A stretch of 64,000 nucleotides of DNA. Origin: Salisapilia sapeloensis CBS 127946. Its lineage: Eukaryota; Protista; Oomycota. This document shows, in pieces, positions 23,533-35,707 of the stretch (position 1 is its first letter; each line of letters starts with the position of its first letter). The stretch covers positions 1-64,000 of the forward strand of contig JAADVB010000007.1 in the NCBI GenBank assembly GCA_023334545.1, in the 5' to 3' direction. The translations under genes were made by a program, and so were the position numbers. The notes below the pieces were generated by a model, which saw nothing but the letters and a program-made list of their open reading frames with translations, was not told where the DNA came from and did not search any database.

Positions 23533-25817
23533 ATGATGAGCAACCAGGAACACGGCGTGTCGGCCCTCTTGTGGGCACAGGCCAAACCTCGAGCTTACCA
23601 GTCACTATACCATCCCTTCGTGACGTCTCTCGCGAGTGGAACATTGTGTCAAGACCGCTTCCAGGCATTCTTACTGCAAGATGCGTACTACTTACAGGCT
23701 TTTATCAAGGTAGATACGACTATTAACGAGTTTCATGACGTTTAGTTACAACTAAAAACACGTTTTAGGCATTTGGCTTTGCAATGACCAAGACGACGGA
23801 CCCGACCGTGCTCCGTACGCTTGTAAAGCTCATCCAAGGCATTGAAAAGGAGCTGGCAACCCATCATTCTTTCCTGAGTGTATGTCTCTAGTTACATGAG
23901 GAAGGCATGATCTCATCTACTTCATAGTCCTTCGGCATCGACACTTTTACCATTGAAAAAGCATCCGCTGCATCCTCGACATTGTACTACACCAGCTTCC
24001 TCCTGGAGACTGCACAGGACAGTGCGACCGTCGCCCCCATCCTGGCAGCTATGGCACCTTGTGTGAAGCTCTACAGCTTCCTTGGTAGTTCCATTGCTGC
24101 TCTCGTGGACAAGGCATATCATCCGTATACGAAATGGATCGACACGTACGCGTCACCGGGGGCTAGTTCCGATGCTGATTTAATGGAAAATCTACTGGAT
24201 CAAGTTTGTCGTCAAGAAGACGTGGGCATGGAGGAACTGACGATGCTGTACAACACTGGGATGCAGCTAGAACTAGAGTTCTTTGAATCTTTCTATCCCT
24301 GCCAAGAAGCGTATAACGAAGGTCTATGGACGCACTTCAGTCGCCAACTTCCTTTGACTGTAGCCATCGAAGCAAAAGGTAGTGTCTAGTCAATTCTTTT
24401 ATTGTATGTATATCGTCGACCAGCGAAGATTAACCTCAACGGCAGCAAGGGGCGCCTTGGACCGAAAGGTCTTTGGCTGAGAAGCTACTCTTACTACCTG
24501 ATCCAGGTCATACTGGCGGAGGGATCGCTGTGTTGAATCTTTTGTATGCACCATAGTAGTCTAAAGCCGAACGATGGACACGTGAGTAGATGACCATGTC
24601 ACTGATTCTACCAGTGACAAGCCAGGTACGTTCTCTAGATGCACTCCGTCTGTCCCTCCAGTAACATTATACCAGGAGTGTATGCGCTTACACCCGGCTC
24701 GTCGGGCGTATCGCTATCGCCACTGCAAGTGGAGAAATATGTTACATATTCCACACCCTTGTACTCTCTCATCGTCCATCCACAATCCTCTACCAACGTG
24801 TTTGCATCATCTACTGAAGCGAATACGTTTATCCGGTGGATGAATTGTCATGGATCCTTTGATACGTACAAGGAGAATGTGTCGGATCTAACGTCCAAAC
24901 TGCGTAAAGCAGCCAGTACCCTTCCACGAGTCCTCATCATTGCTGGTTCAGACTCTGGAGGTTTTATTTGTGTTTATAAAATCTCCAAGAATCGATATGA
25001 ATGCGTTTGTAGGTGGAGCTGGTGTCCAGGCGGACTTGAAGACTTGCACCAGTCGTCGTGTCTACGCTTCGAGTGTCCTGACAGCCATCACTGTCCAGAA
25101 CACACATGGCGTCCATGGCGTGTCTCCAGTTGATCTGGATGTCGTGCGAGACCAATTAAAGTGCGTGCTATCGGATATTGGGACCGACGTCATTAAGACT
25201 GGAGCTTTGATCAATCGTGACATGATTCGAATGATTGCACATGAGCTGAAAGATGTTGATATTCCACTTGTAATCGACCCTGTCATGGTGTCTGCTAGTG
25301 GCAGTCGACTGTTGGATGACAATGCCCAGGAGACGTTGGAAAAGGAATTGTTGCCACTAGCTACGGTCTTGACGCCTAACATTCCAGAAGCAGAGTCACT
25401 CCTACGTCAATCCATTTCGCAAGTGTCTGAGATGCAAAAAGCTGCAAAGACGTTGGCCGACAAAGGACCTCGTTTTGTTTTGCTCAAAGGTGGACATCTA
25501 GTGTCCAAGGATAGTCAGGTACGATGTATGACGTTGACGTCATGAAGGAGACTTATGTTAGTTAGTAGGTCGTGGACGTGCTTTTCGACAAGGAAAAGGA
25601 TGAGTTCTTTGAGTTTAAGCACTCTCGTATTGATACGAGGAACTCGCACGGCACTGGATGCACGTTGGCTTCTGCCATGGCTGCGGAAATAGCCAAGGGC
25701 AATACGATTCCAGCGGCAGCAAAGAAAGCCATTGCGTACGTCCAATCGCTCCTAGACAAGAGCAAAGCGATGCAACTTGGTAGCGGAAGTGTCGGACCCA
25801 TGATCCATTTCACGTAA
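23533..25817 (+). CDS. Thiamine-salvage fusion: TenA (thiaminase II-like) - uncharacterised linker - ThiD (HMP/HMP-P kinase), multi-exon
   Basis: TenA: HPFVTSLASGTL...FQAFLLQDAYYL, AMAPCVKLY, YTKWIDTY, MQLELEFF. ThiD: RVLIIAGSDSG|GGAGVQADLKT, IKTGAL, VIDPVMVSASG, VLTPNIPEAE, VLLKGGHL, TRNSHGTGCTLASA. Confidence 0.85.
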
Positions 25818-26066
25818 ACCTGGAGTAGCTCATAACCAAAAGCCATGGAATATAATCACTTCCATCACATGGGTGCGACTACTTTATCTTGGTGATCGCT
25901 CGTACCCGGTCTACCGGGAGGTAAAAGCATCGAAAAGAGTGGCTAGAAGCCCAGAGAGATGCGGTGGATTATCAGATTAACTGTCCTCTGCCTAGCTGTT
26001 CCTTCTACATATCTAGTGTCAATAAATCGAAAGCAGACGCTCGTTCGATGGTGGCTCCATCTTAAC

Positions 26067-26285
26067 TTATCGGGTCCCTCGCCACGGAGCAACGGCATGA
26101 TGGGCGTCTGTGGCGGCTTCCGAAGCCTGATTGGAAGCATGTGCGTTCGAATCGAAAGCTTGGGTTCGCGTGTAACCGACGACGGCCGCGCAGGATGCGA
26201 CGAGAGGCAGGACCGCGATGCCAGGCTTGGCTTGCGTCTTCTCGGCCACAGCGGTGGCAGTTGGGAAGCGTAGACTGGACGGCAT
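26067..26285 (-). CDS. Small hypothetical protein (72 aa) with one hydrophobic segment
   Basis: ATG 26285 follows a CT-rich leader; MPSSLRF...IAVLPLVASCAAVVGY...WRGTR*. No family recognised, and further exons are possible. Confidence 0.3.
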   Translation of the reverse strand: MPSSLRFPTATAVAEKTQAKPGIAVLPLVASCAAVVGYTRTQAFDSNAHASNQASEAATDAHHAVAPWRGTR

Positions 26286-26765
26286 TGCGAAGTACGAGAT
26301 GAGGTTTGTCTGGAAGAAGTGGCGAGATGCAAAGTGTGGTGCACCGACAAGAAAAGAATGGATCTCGAGGAGCCACGAGAACGTTGCGTGGTGCTGATCC
26401 GTGCCAGCCAATAGTTTGAAACAGGTACGTGCGCACTTGAAGCAGTGATTCTATTTTCAACGGACTTACGAGAAAGAATGGTGTGTAGCATTCGTGCTCC
26501 GTTCTATTTGCGTACGAAACACCGATCCGATATTCTCGACATGCCTCCTACGCCATCGAGTAGGCAATTCTCAGCTGACCTCGCATACAAGAAAGAGTGC
26601 GGATTGTTCGAAACAGAAAAAAAAACGATTCCGTCTCAGCTCCTTTGACAGCGCATCCGGCTATTCGACGAAAACAAATCGATGCGTTTCGATTCGACTG
26701 GCACAAATACAGTAGTACGCTGCATCTTCCTGCAAATCAAAGGAATACATCAAATTCCCACCAGT

Positions 26766-27540
26766 ATGCGCAAACTCGACATAGAAGAAAGGTTGAAGCG
26801 ACGAGGCTACTTTCCTTCATCCTGTATTAAGCAAATTAGCGAGGGTGCTAAATTCTTGCACAGCATGACAAGCAAAGTAGCGGATACACTAAATCGTACT
26901 TGCGATCTCGGACTATCTGTTCCTGCGATATGTAAGCGTCTGCTGTGGCGCTGGTGCGCGCACGGAACCAACAAATACGGTAGAGAACACAAGTAATACT
27001 TGGATCGTGTCACGAATGGCTTCACTGCGACAGTCCATGCTTTCGTTGATCGAAAGATAATATCATTCGCGTCTTTTGAGGTCCGGCAGACGAAGCGCAT
27101 TTATTTCGAGTAAGCAGATACATTCCCCATTTAGATTGTTGTGGACTACTAGCGTGATACCGTACGCTCCAAAAGCGGACACGAACGTGCACCAAATGCG
27201 TTCAGAAGAGTACTTTGCAAAAGTGTCACCAATTCGTGCGATCGACCTGTTGTTCTCTACTTACGTCTAGCTGAAAATCCACTTTATTTGTAGCCCATTG
27301 CACGCAAAATTTCAACCCCACAGCGTTACAATTCCCATCTACGGTGCGGAAGGGTGGCAAGCAACTGAATAAGAATGGAGAAAGGGGCCCTTTTGATAGT
27401 GACATGCTGTTCTGTATGCATACAAACTCCAAGTCAATCGTCACTGCTTACTTATATGAGTGTTATTTCAGATTCGTTAATGTTCTGGGTATCACAAAGC
27501 ATCTGCTTCGTTTATTTCAAAATCGAGTGGGCTGCGATTA
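26766..27540 (+). CDS. Possible multi-exon hypothetical protein (model unresolved)
   Basis: ATG 26766 (MRKLDIEERLKRRGYFPSSC) and several GTAAGC...TAG intron-like segments. No consistent spliced product was derived. Confidence 0.2.
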
Positions 27541-28205
27541 GGAGGTAGAGTAATCCAAAGGCCAAGGGAGCTCGATCATCAGTGCCGGAGAAAGCCGCAG
27601 GAGCTCTCATTCTTTCACCAGAAGCAAGTCCACCAGCCGACCAACCCGATTGGCCCGTTACAGCAAGTTTTTGCCGATCTTATTCGGTTCGTCCACATAG
27701 TACGCGACCCCCTTTTACTCGTCCGGTCTCAAGCTGCTTCCCGAGCTCGCGTCTTGGTCAGCCCTGTCGAGTACGTCTTTGCATTCGCAAGTCCAAGTCT
27801 CCTGTTGCATCCGCGGTCACCTCCGGAACGTCTGCAAAACCTTCCCCCACTCGGACAAGTCGAGTCGAGCGAAAAGCAAACCGTCTCGGGCTTGTATTTC
27901 GCAGCCATGAGCAATCACAGACCACCGAATGCCCAAGCTACGGCCACGTCTAGTCACGAACGCAGTCGGTACGTACTTTTTCCAAAACTCTCCTGCATCT
28001 ACACGTTTATGCATTCGTATGAAACTTGGGTCGATGTCTGATGATGAATCGTCGGACCAAAAAGATACTTTTTGAGGTTTTATATCTGACCCTTGTGGTT
28101 CGGGCCGTCGCCCCAAGCCCATACTCTTTGCAAGTCAAACGATATGATGACCTAATCCCGATTGCCGTGCTTACCTCGTCTAATTCTTCCTTTTGTATAA
28201 CCTCG

Positions 28206-29809
28206 ATGTACGACCACTTCTCTGTGAAACGCCGCAGTCGACCCGAGCCCCCGTCCTACCAGCCGCAGCAGTTGGAGCACCAGCCCCAAGGCCTCTACAA
28301 TTTCACTATCCCAAATGCGTCCGCACCACCGTTCCCCGTGCCCCAAACGCAGTACCCGAGCCGCTCGTTCCCTCGTGCTGACGTGACTGGCGAAGAGCTC
28401 AAGTTCGACTCGTACGGAGGAGATCAATTCCCGTACTCGGAGGCCTACAATGGCTACAGCTACCCAGGCTTCGTACCTGCGTACGATCCGCAGCAAGGGG
28501 ACCAAGATCGGTCCAAGATGTACTCGTACATGTACGCGTCTTCTGATCGACCGGACTCGTTCCTACAACCGAGGATGCCGCCACCGATGGAGCGGGCCAA
28601 TCCCTACGCCGGTACGGTTAGTCCACCAGCCTTCTTCCAGCACCAGGAAGCTGCACAGCGTTCACAAATGGAGGTACCTCTCCACATGAATTATGGTCCT
28701 CCCCCCATGCCAGGTAGGTACAATCCCGCGGCTAGTCGCTCTCGGACTCTACGGCCTCGAGGAGACATTCCATCTTTGCAGGAACAGGATACACGCAAGT
28801 CGGACAAACCAGCGCAGATGAACATGCCGTACAATATGCAAGAGCCTCGGCAAGAAGCCTTGGCGACACCCAAAGTCGAGGTCGTGCAGAGGAACTGCTG
28901 TCTGTGCATGGAAGGTGGGAGTGATCACACGGCACAGCCTTGTGGACATCACTTTCATGATAGATGCCTGCGCTCTTGGAATAGCCATGCCTGCCCTGTG
29001 TGCTCTCAGGTTACACTCTTTGTCTAGATAACGCCATCAGGTTACTCAATATGTTGTAGATGGCGCAAGCGATGGGATCCATGCCAGAGTCGAGCATTCC
29101 CATGTCTACGGATAGGTCTGTCAGTCGTTTGAACAGGAATAAGGCTGGTCTAATAGGGAAAGCCAACTTGGAAGCGACTGCTGCGCCCGTGAAACCGAGT
29201 TCACGCAGAGGTCAGAAGAAACACAAGAGCTGCTCAGTAGCCGGGTGCAACCGTACGGTTCGATCCAAAGGACTCTGCAAAGGACATGGTGGCGGACGTC
29301 GGTGTGGAGCGCAAGGATGCGGATTGAGTGACCAGGGAGGTGGCTTTTGCATCAGTCACGGCGGAGGTAAGCGCTGCATTAAAGAAGGGTGTAGCAACTC
29401 GGCGCAGTCAAGAGGACTGTGCAAGCTCCATGGAGGTGGCAGTCGTTGCACGGTCGAGGGATGTGCCAAGAGCAGTCAGGGCAATGGGCTCTGCCGTGCT
29501 CATGGTGGCGGCAGACGGTGTCGCGTGGAAGGCTGCAATAAGACGGACAGGCGCGCTGGGTTCTGCGTGACCCACGGCGCAGATCGCAAGTGCCTCGTTC
29601 CAGAGTGCAGCAAGACAGGGAAGATGGAACACCTTTGTACGAAGCACTATTACGAAAAGTATAATAGTGTAGCACCTTCTCACGAGACGTGGAGCGAGGC
29701 GTCTAGTGAGAACAGGATGAATGCGGTGAATACGCCGACCTTGTATGGCGTTGCGGATCGATTGAATGAAGGGATGAAACAGACGGAAGGACAGACGTCG
29801 GAATTTTGA
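28206..29809 (+). CDS. RING-finger + WRKY19-like C-x4-C-x7-C-x2-HGGG repeat zinc-finger protein (at least 2 exons)
   Basis: Pro/Tyr-rich N-terminus, CCLC...QPCGHHFHDRCLRSW...CPVC, phase-0 intron 29011-29059, then tandem CxxxxC...C..HGGGxRC repeats (e.g. RSKGLCKGHGGGRRC, QSRGLCKLHGGGSRC). Confidence 0.75.
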
Positions 29810-30008
29810 CGCAAGTGGATGATAACAGAGACAAGTGTTGAAGTGGACAAGTGAAGGAAACCAAATGCCTTAGGACTGAAATGAAGATGAAGAAATGCAG
29901 ATGAAAGAACAGTTGAAATGGATTGAAAACGCAAAAATTGGACAAGTGAAACTTTTAAATTTGAAACCAAATGCAAATGAAGCGAATGGATTGTTGAGAA
30001 TTACTTGT

Positions 30009-33000
30009 TTAATGTGTCGCTAGAGCTACTTGGTCCAAGTATTCGCCTCGAGACTTCTCCACCTTACCAATAATATCCTGTAGTTCCTGCTGCATCTCAG
30101 CATTCAGACTTTCACGTGCTTGTTGTAGGTTGTCCAGCCGAACATGAGAAGCCGAAAGCTCTTCGCGATGCATCCAAGTTTCTTCGTCCACTTCAGACTG
30201 AGTGACATGGCGCAAGACGTCTTCAGAAATGATCTTCACATCCTGCTGGTAATCTGAATTCGTATCTGCATATCGACTTTTCATTGTTGCAACCATACTT
30301 TCATCGATGCCAAGCTCTTTGGCACAGGCAGCAATATCTTCATCCGATCGTCCCAAATACATCATACGAGATAACTGGCCGTTAGTGGCTCTATTGACGG
30401 AGGCACTAATCCACTCGGCCTGCATCTTCTCAAATACCTCTTCTTGGCGCCTGTCAAGAGCGAGTTGGACAGTTTCCACGCTCCAGCACGACAAAGTCCA
30501 TTCAAGGTTAGTCTCTGGACGCGCAGACATACATCCCTGCTCTATCACATTTGTACTCTCCTCTTGGTCTGTTGTTATTGCGTCGCCTTTGGATATGATT
30601 TCAATTGGTTCCGGGGGTGAGGTAGTCTCCTCTGTTGCTGTATTGAGTCGATTTCGGAATGGTCGAATGGATCGGAGCTCATCCGATAGATTACACTTTG
30701 TTGCATCGAGTCTGGCCTGAACAATATACTTACTCTTGGCTGGATCAGCTAGTGGAGGTAGCTGCAGCATAAAGACTTGGTTCATGTTAGACAAACTAGC
30801 AATAACAGCATTCGTCTCAAGATCGAGGATTTCCAGAATCACAAATATTCCTGGGGCCACAGACCGTGATCGTTCACCCGATTCCTCAAGATAGTTGAGC
30901 TGCAATCGGAAAGATGTCCAGATGGAAGAAGCTGGCGTAGATAGTACATCTCGAAACAAAAGCAACGGTTTATTCGCAGTATATCTACCACAGAAGCAAG
31001 TGTGTTCTATCCGCTGAGAGGCTGATGACACCACACTGCATTGGGCACTACAGACAGTCAGGTACCATTGTCCAGGTGAAACATCTTGAGTAGGTGTATT
31101 CACCTCGCATACGATCGTGTATGATACGCTGCTTTCGTCACTTGTAGATACATCCTGCAGTTTGATGCGATTATTTTGTAATAGCGGAAGAGTTTGGAAA
31201 ATACTTGTTGCATCATTGATCAGACGGATCGTGGTATACTTTCCAAGAGCGTGGTCAGAAAGCTGGAGATCAACCTGAAGAAATAGATCGTCCTCCGTGT
31301 TTGGACGCTGCAGCTGAATCGAGTGTTTAAATAGGATAGTATACGTACTTTTGGCTAGAGCAGGGTATTCACCCTCTTTTTCAACAATATGAGCATCCGG
31401 TGCGTTTCTCCAAAGTGCTGATACAGTCTGGAAGGCTGGTGTCACATGATCACTTTCGACTTCGAGTGTAAATCCGTATTGGACACTAGGCTGAACGATC
31501 ACTTGGAATGCCACTTCCCCATCTTTCACATTTCGATCTCGATTGATAAAGTCTTCTTTTGCAATAGTGATCGTTCTGGAAGACTTGGTGTCCAGCTTTA
31601 CTATGAGCGGTACTTGAGCTGGAGCTGTATGAGATGGCGTAGCCAATCGTTGACAGAGCGGTTGCTGCATTAGGACTAGACTACCATTCAAGTCTAAGCC
31701 CAACGCTTTCATCAGTTCAATGTTAAGTTCATCTTGTGAATCTGAGCTTGCTGTATTCGCATGTGGAACACGTGATAAACGTAGGTGGATGGAAATGTCA
31801 CCCTGCTCGTCCCTATCATAAGTCTCCTGCTGTTCATTTTTTAAATGGAGTACAAGGTATTGTGTTTTGGGATTAAAATATGGAACAGTCTCGCTCATAG
31901 TCTTATCATCAACTTCGTTTGCACTCTGTGGCCATAATTGCATTAAGATACATGCGTGGCGACTCGGCGGATGGGCCAGAAACAATTGAAAGTCGGACTG
32001 ATCGATAGAGGATCGTGGAATTTCCTCCTGTGCTAAATCTCTTTCTGCACAAACTTGATCGCGAGTATCATCGGCATTTGCTAAAAGACCACATTCGCCG
32101 TAGGCAAACTTGTGAGCACCATGGATATTGGTGCAAAGGACAAAGACTCGTGCATGGTGAATTGCTCCCGGATCGTTATCAGCATTCCTACCTTCTTCTA
32201 TGTTATCCTGAATGCTATCTTCCTGTTGTGAAGGGAGGTATGGTTGTAGTTGTTGCAATGTTTCATTCTTTTGAAGTGGAAATGTGGTAATGTGCCATCC
32301 AGTTAAACAAGTGATCATGAGATGCATTCTTTCCTCTTCTGTAACTGGACGCGTCTTCATCCAAGTTTCCACCTTTAAAAGTGCTTTTACAAGTAACGTT
32401 GGCCATAACTCGTTACGCATGGAGCTTCCAAGGATAATGCATTCATCTCGCTGGTTGAGAGGAATTCGGTCATCGACCTCAATCTTTCTCCATTTGCCTA
32501 GAAGGTATAATTTGACGAGATACTTTCCCCCGATATTGTACACCGGAATTTTGGATTCATCCTGCGGGTAAATTGTTTGCCAGAGACACGGTATCTCGTC
32601 CTTGTCTTTTAATTGTGCATGTAGAGTTTCAACCATTCGAAAGTAGGTTGCAAATTTGCTATCTACCACTTCACCTTGTGGCTCCGACGGTCGTTCAGTT
32701 AAATTTGGCGCGATGTGAACTACAGGAGGTCGGTAGATGCTGAGCGGATCTGTCAAATCCATGGTGTCATCATCATTTTCATCGTCTATAAAATCTTCCG
32801 GTGTGATGTCAATGTCTTCAAAAGCTGACACCACAACTGGCCGGTTATTTAATACGTTCGAGACCTTTTCTTCAAAGCCCATGTTCTGTCTTTCCACGCG
32901 TTGTGTTTCCTGCTCTACTCGAAGTTCCTCCTCATCAAAATTAACTAGAGATGCTCTTTGTTCAGCACTCCACTGCCGACGGAAATCTCGCGGAATTAAA

Positions 33001-33701
33001 CCAGTTAAGGGAATATTCAATTTGCTGTTCGAAGAGTTTCCGAAGTAGACGATCTACGATGATGATTGCGTTAGAACATACTTAACAACGACAAGAAGGA
33101 AGTGTACATGAGCATGTTTTGGTCCAGGTGGATGGAGCGTATCAGGTTCTGCCTTCTTTCCCATTTTCTTATTAGTAGTCTTTACCTCACGAATACTGTC
33201 TGTGGACGGCGATATATCTAGGATCAACGGCAAGTATTCACTTGGCCGTTTCCATACAACTCCGTCTGAAGGAATCTACAATGAAAATAGTATTATGCAT
33301 AATGTATACAGATAGCTAAAGCCTCAACCTGGGGAAATGTCGATTGACTATCACAAAACGGCTCCTCCATTGTACACCAATTCTCATTAGCTACAACATT
33401 TATGCACTATCATTACTTGTGTCTTTAAAAAGACTTAAAGGTCAGGTACCGAGCTCATTCGCTGAAAGCCATTCTGGAAAGATGGACTTTGGTCGTGAAG
33501 ATGAAGCTTTTAGTGGGGTAATCGACTCAATCGTTGGTGGAGATGCAAGCGGTAACGGCTATGATGGCATATATGATTATAATCAACGAAAGTATAATAG
33601 AAGTATGATCATACCTGCCGTGCATGAGCTGGTGGCGTAGGCGGAGATGCGACCAGCGATGCTTGACTTGACAGCTTGGCCGTCTGAGTCTTTGTTGGCA
33701 T
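30009..33701 (-). CDS. Androglobin-like protein with a calpain-like N-terminal region (multi-exon 5' end)
   Basis: The 5' exons give SIFPEWL and VVWKRPSEYL. The long ORF has YNIGGKYLVKLYLLGKWRKIEVDDRIP and ELWPTLLVKALLK, plus a later YTANKPLLLFRDVL, all as recalled from ADGB-family proteins. Confidence 0.65.
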
Positions 33702-34483
33702 GATTCCTCTTTGTAATATTGGTGTGAAGAGCCATGCAAGGTGGTTTCAAGCCGTTGGATGGTGCAAAAACGTATTTTTATGATAAATTTGATTCATGTT
33801 AGCTCTTCTCGGAGAACGTTTACATTCATAGCAAAGACAAACAAATTATCAAGAGCTCACTTTCCTTAAAGACGCGCTCAAACTTTTGTTGTTTGGATAA
33901 GTAGGAAGGATTATAAAAGATTACCATATTCTTGAGTCTGAGCTAGTCCAAATCTATATGCCTTGCATCGAACTGCAAATGGTTTTGACCATAAATCATT
34001 TGTTAACCCATTCGAAGAGCTTTCGTCACTAGGATACATAGCGTGTTGTATACTTGCTCCATACTTTCGCTTGCTCTTTCGCGAATTGTGTGACGTTTCC
34101 ACCACGACCTCCGGCGTATTAACTCATACAAAAATGGCTGATTGAGTAAAAAAGAAACTACATTCGCTAGATTAAGCTACTTTAACTGCCTATCTGCTAG
34201 TCTTATGGTAATCGTGTTTTCGTTTCCACTTGCTCCTTCCAATTTTAAACAGAAAAACTAGAAACCATGAACCAAGACCGAGTGATTAACTTGCCATTCG
34301 ATCATCTCAACTTCAGATAGAGCTATCTACAGAGTAGCATACTTGATGACGAGCAGCATTGACGATTTTCCTCGAATGAGAACCCACTACCTTGTATTAA
34401 CTACCAATCACAACCCACCTTTTCTCGCCAAGTCATGCATTTTAACTTACACATAAGTCGAATTCGAGCGCACCTCTGCTACG

Positions 34484-35664
34484 ATGAGCTCCGACCAAGT
34501 GTAAGTACCCCAGTCTATCTAGAATCAGCCATATCAAAGGCTCCTTTCAAAGGATATGTAGCATACAGTCAAAGCTCTTATCATGGCTATAATAAAGCAC
34601 ATACTCATCGTTCTCTTCCACTATTATAGAGACACTCGTGCAAACGCACCAAGTTCAGGGAATAAAGAAGCTTGTTCACGATGGTATTACAACTCATCAT
34701 TCATCAAAGTACTCCATTATACTCACGTATTGCTATTCACAGTACATTCCTGAACGAAGCTTCAGCAACGTCATGCGAAATGTGTGGGTACGTACGATAC
34801 GAAGCCCTCCATCTTACTCCCATTAACATCTCTTTCACTACTATAGAAAAGAATTTGCAGAACTACCACCAGTGCATGAGGTCTTTGACAATGGCTCGTG
34901 GCAATGTGGCGCCTGGTACGTCTCTTCATCTTTCCTCTCCAAGCGTCTAAACTAATCATCTACGCAGCACGATGCTGAATCAAAAGACATCTAGATCCTG
35001 TGAAGCCTGTGAAACGAAATTCACTGCGCCACTGCCAGTTTCCACCCGCATTTTTTGTGAAAACTGTGGCTTTCTCAATGAATCGAATGACAAACCAGAC
35101 CAGTGCTGCACCAGTTGTGCGAAACCTTTGCGCTCTCGACTCGCGCACCTGACCTCCGACATTCGCGGAAGCACGAACGACGCAGTTCGGGACTTTGGCA
35201 TGAACATCAACGTCAAGTGTCCAGGCTGCCATGCCTTGTGCTCCGTCCCGCCAGCCACATCCTGTCTTCGCTGTGGCCAGTGCCAAACGTACTTTGCCTC
35301 TCCATCCGTCGGAGAGCTGACGAACTTCCACTTTTCTAAGCTCGCATCGTCCGTCCGAGGGTTATTCCAATCCAAAAAAGAAGCTCCAGCGTCCGAAGCT
35401 CCAGTCGGACGTTTGATCGCCATGGGTGAAAAGGTCGCTGCGATCGAAAAGCAAAAGGAGGTGAAGAGTTGGTTGGATGAACGAAAGAGGGAGCCGAGTC
35501 AGACGTCCAAGGAGTCGAACTTTGTTCATTTACCAAAGGAACAACGGATGGCGAAAAGTGAAGGTCGGAAGAGTTCACCGAAACCCACTGGTCGAGCGAG
35601 TATGAGTGATGCTGATCACCATGAAGAACTCATACCTGTTGAAGGAGACCTTGTCGAACTTTAA
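34484..35664 (+). CDS. Multi zinc-ribbon protein with RanBP2/NZF-type fingers (4-5 exons)
   Basis: Hand splicing gives ACSRC|TFLNEASATSCEMCG| and WQCGAC|TMLNQKTSRSCEAC, followed by CENCGFLN...CTSC and KCPGC...LRCGQC. The ORF track shows only the last exon. Confidence 0.65.
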
Positions 35665-35707
35665 TCTTTTATCACTATTGAAAACGAAATCACGTGTTTT
35701 GTTTGTT

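Noticed and set aside
24330-24920. Calling the TenA-ThiD middle region a HAD phosphatase as in plant TH2
   Set aside because: I could not find a DxD motif in the spliced frames, so it is left unassigned.
29815-30000. Purine-rich stretch with duplicated tggacaagtgaa and gaaaccaaatgc words
   Set aside because: Short imperfect duplications in a convergent 3' spacer, with no regular repeat-spacer structure; not CRISPR-like.
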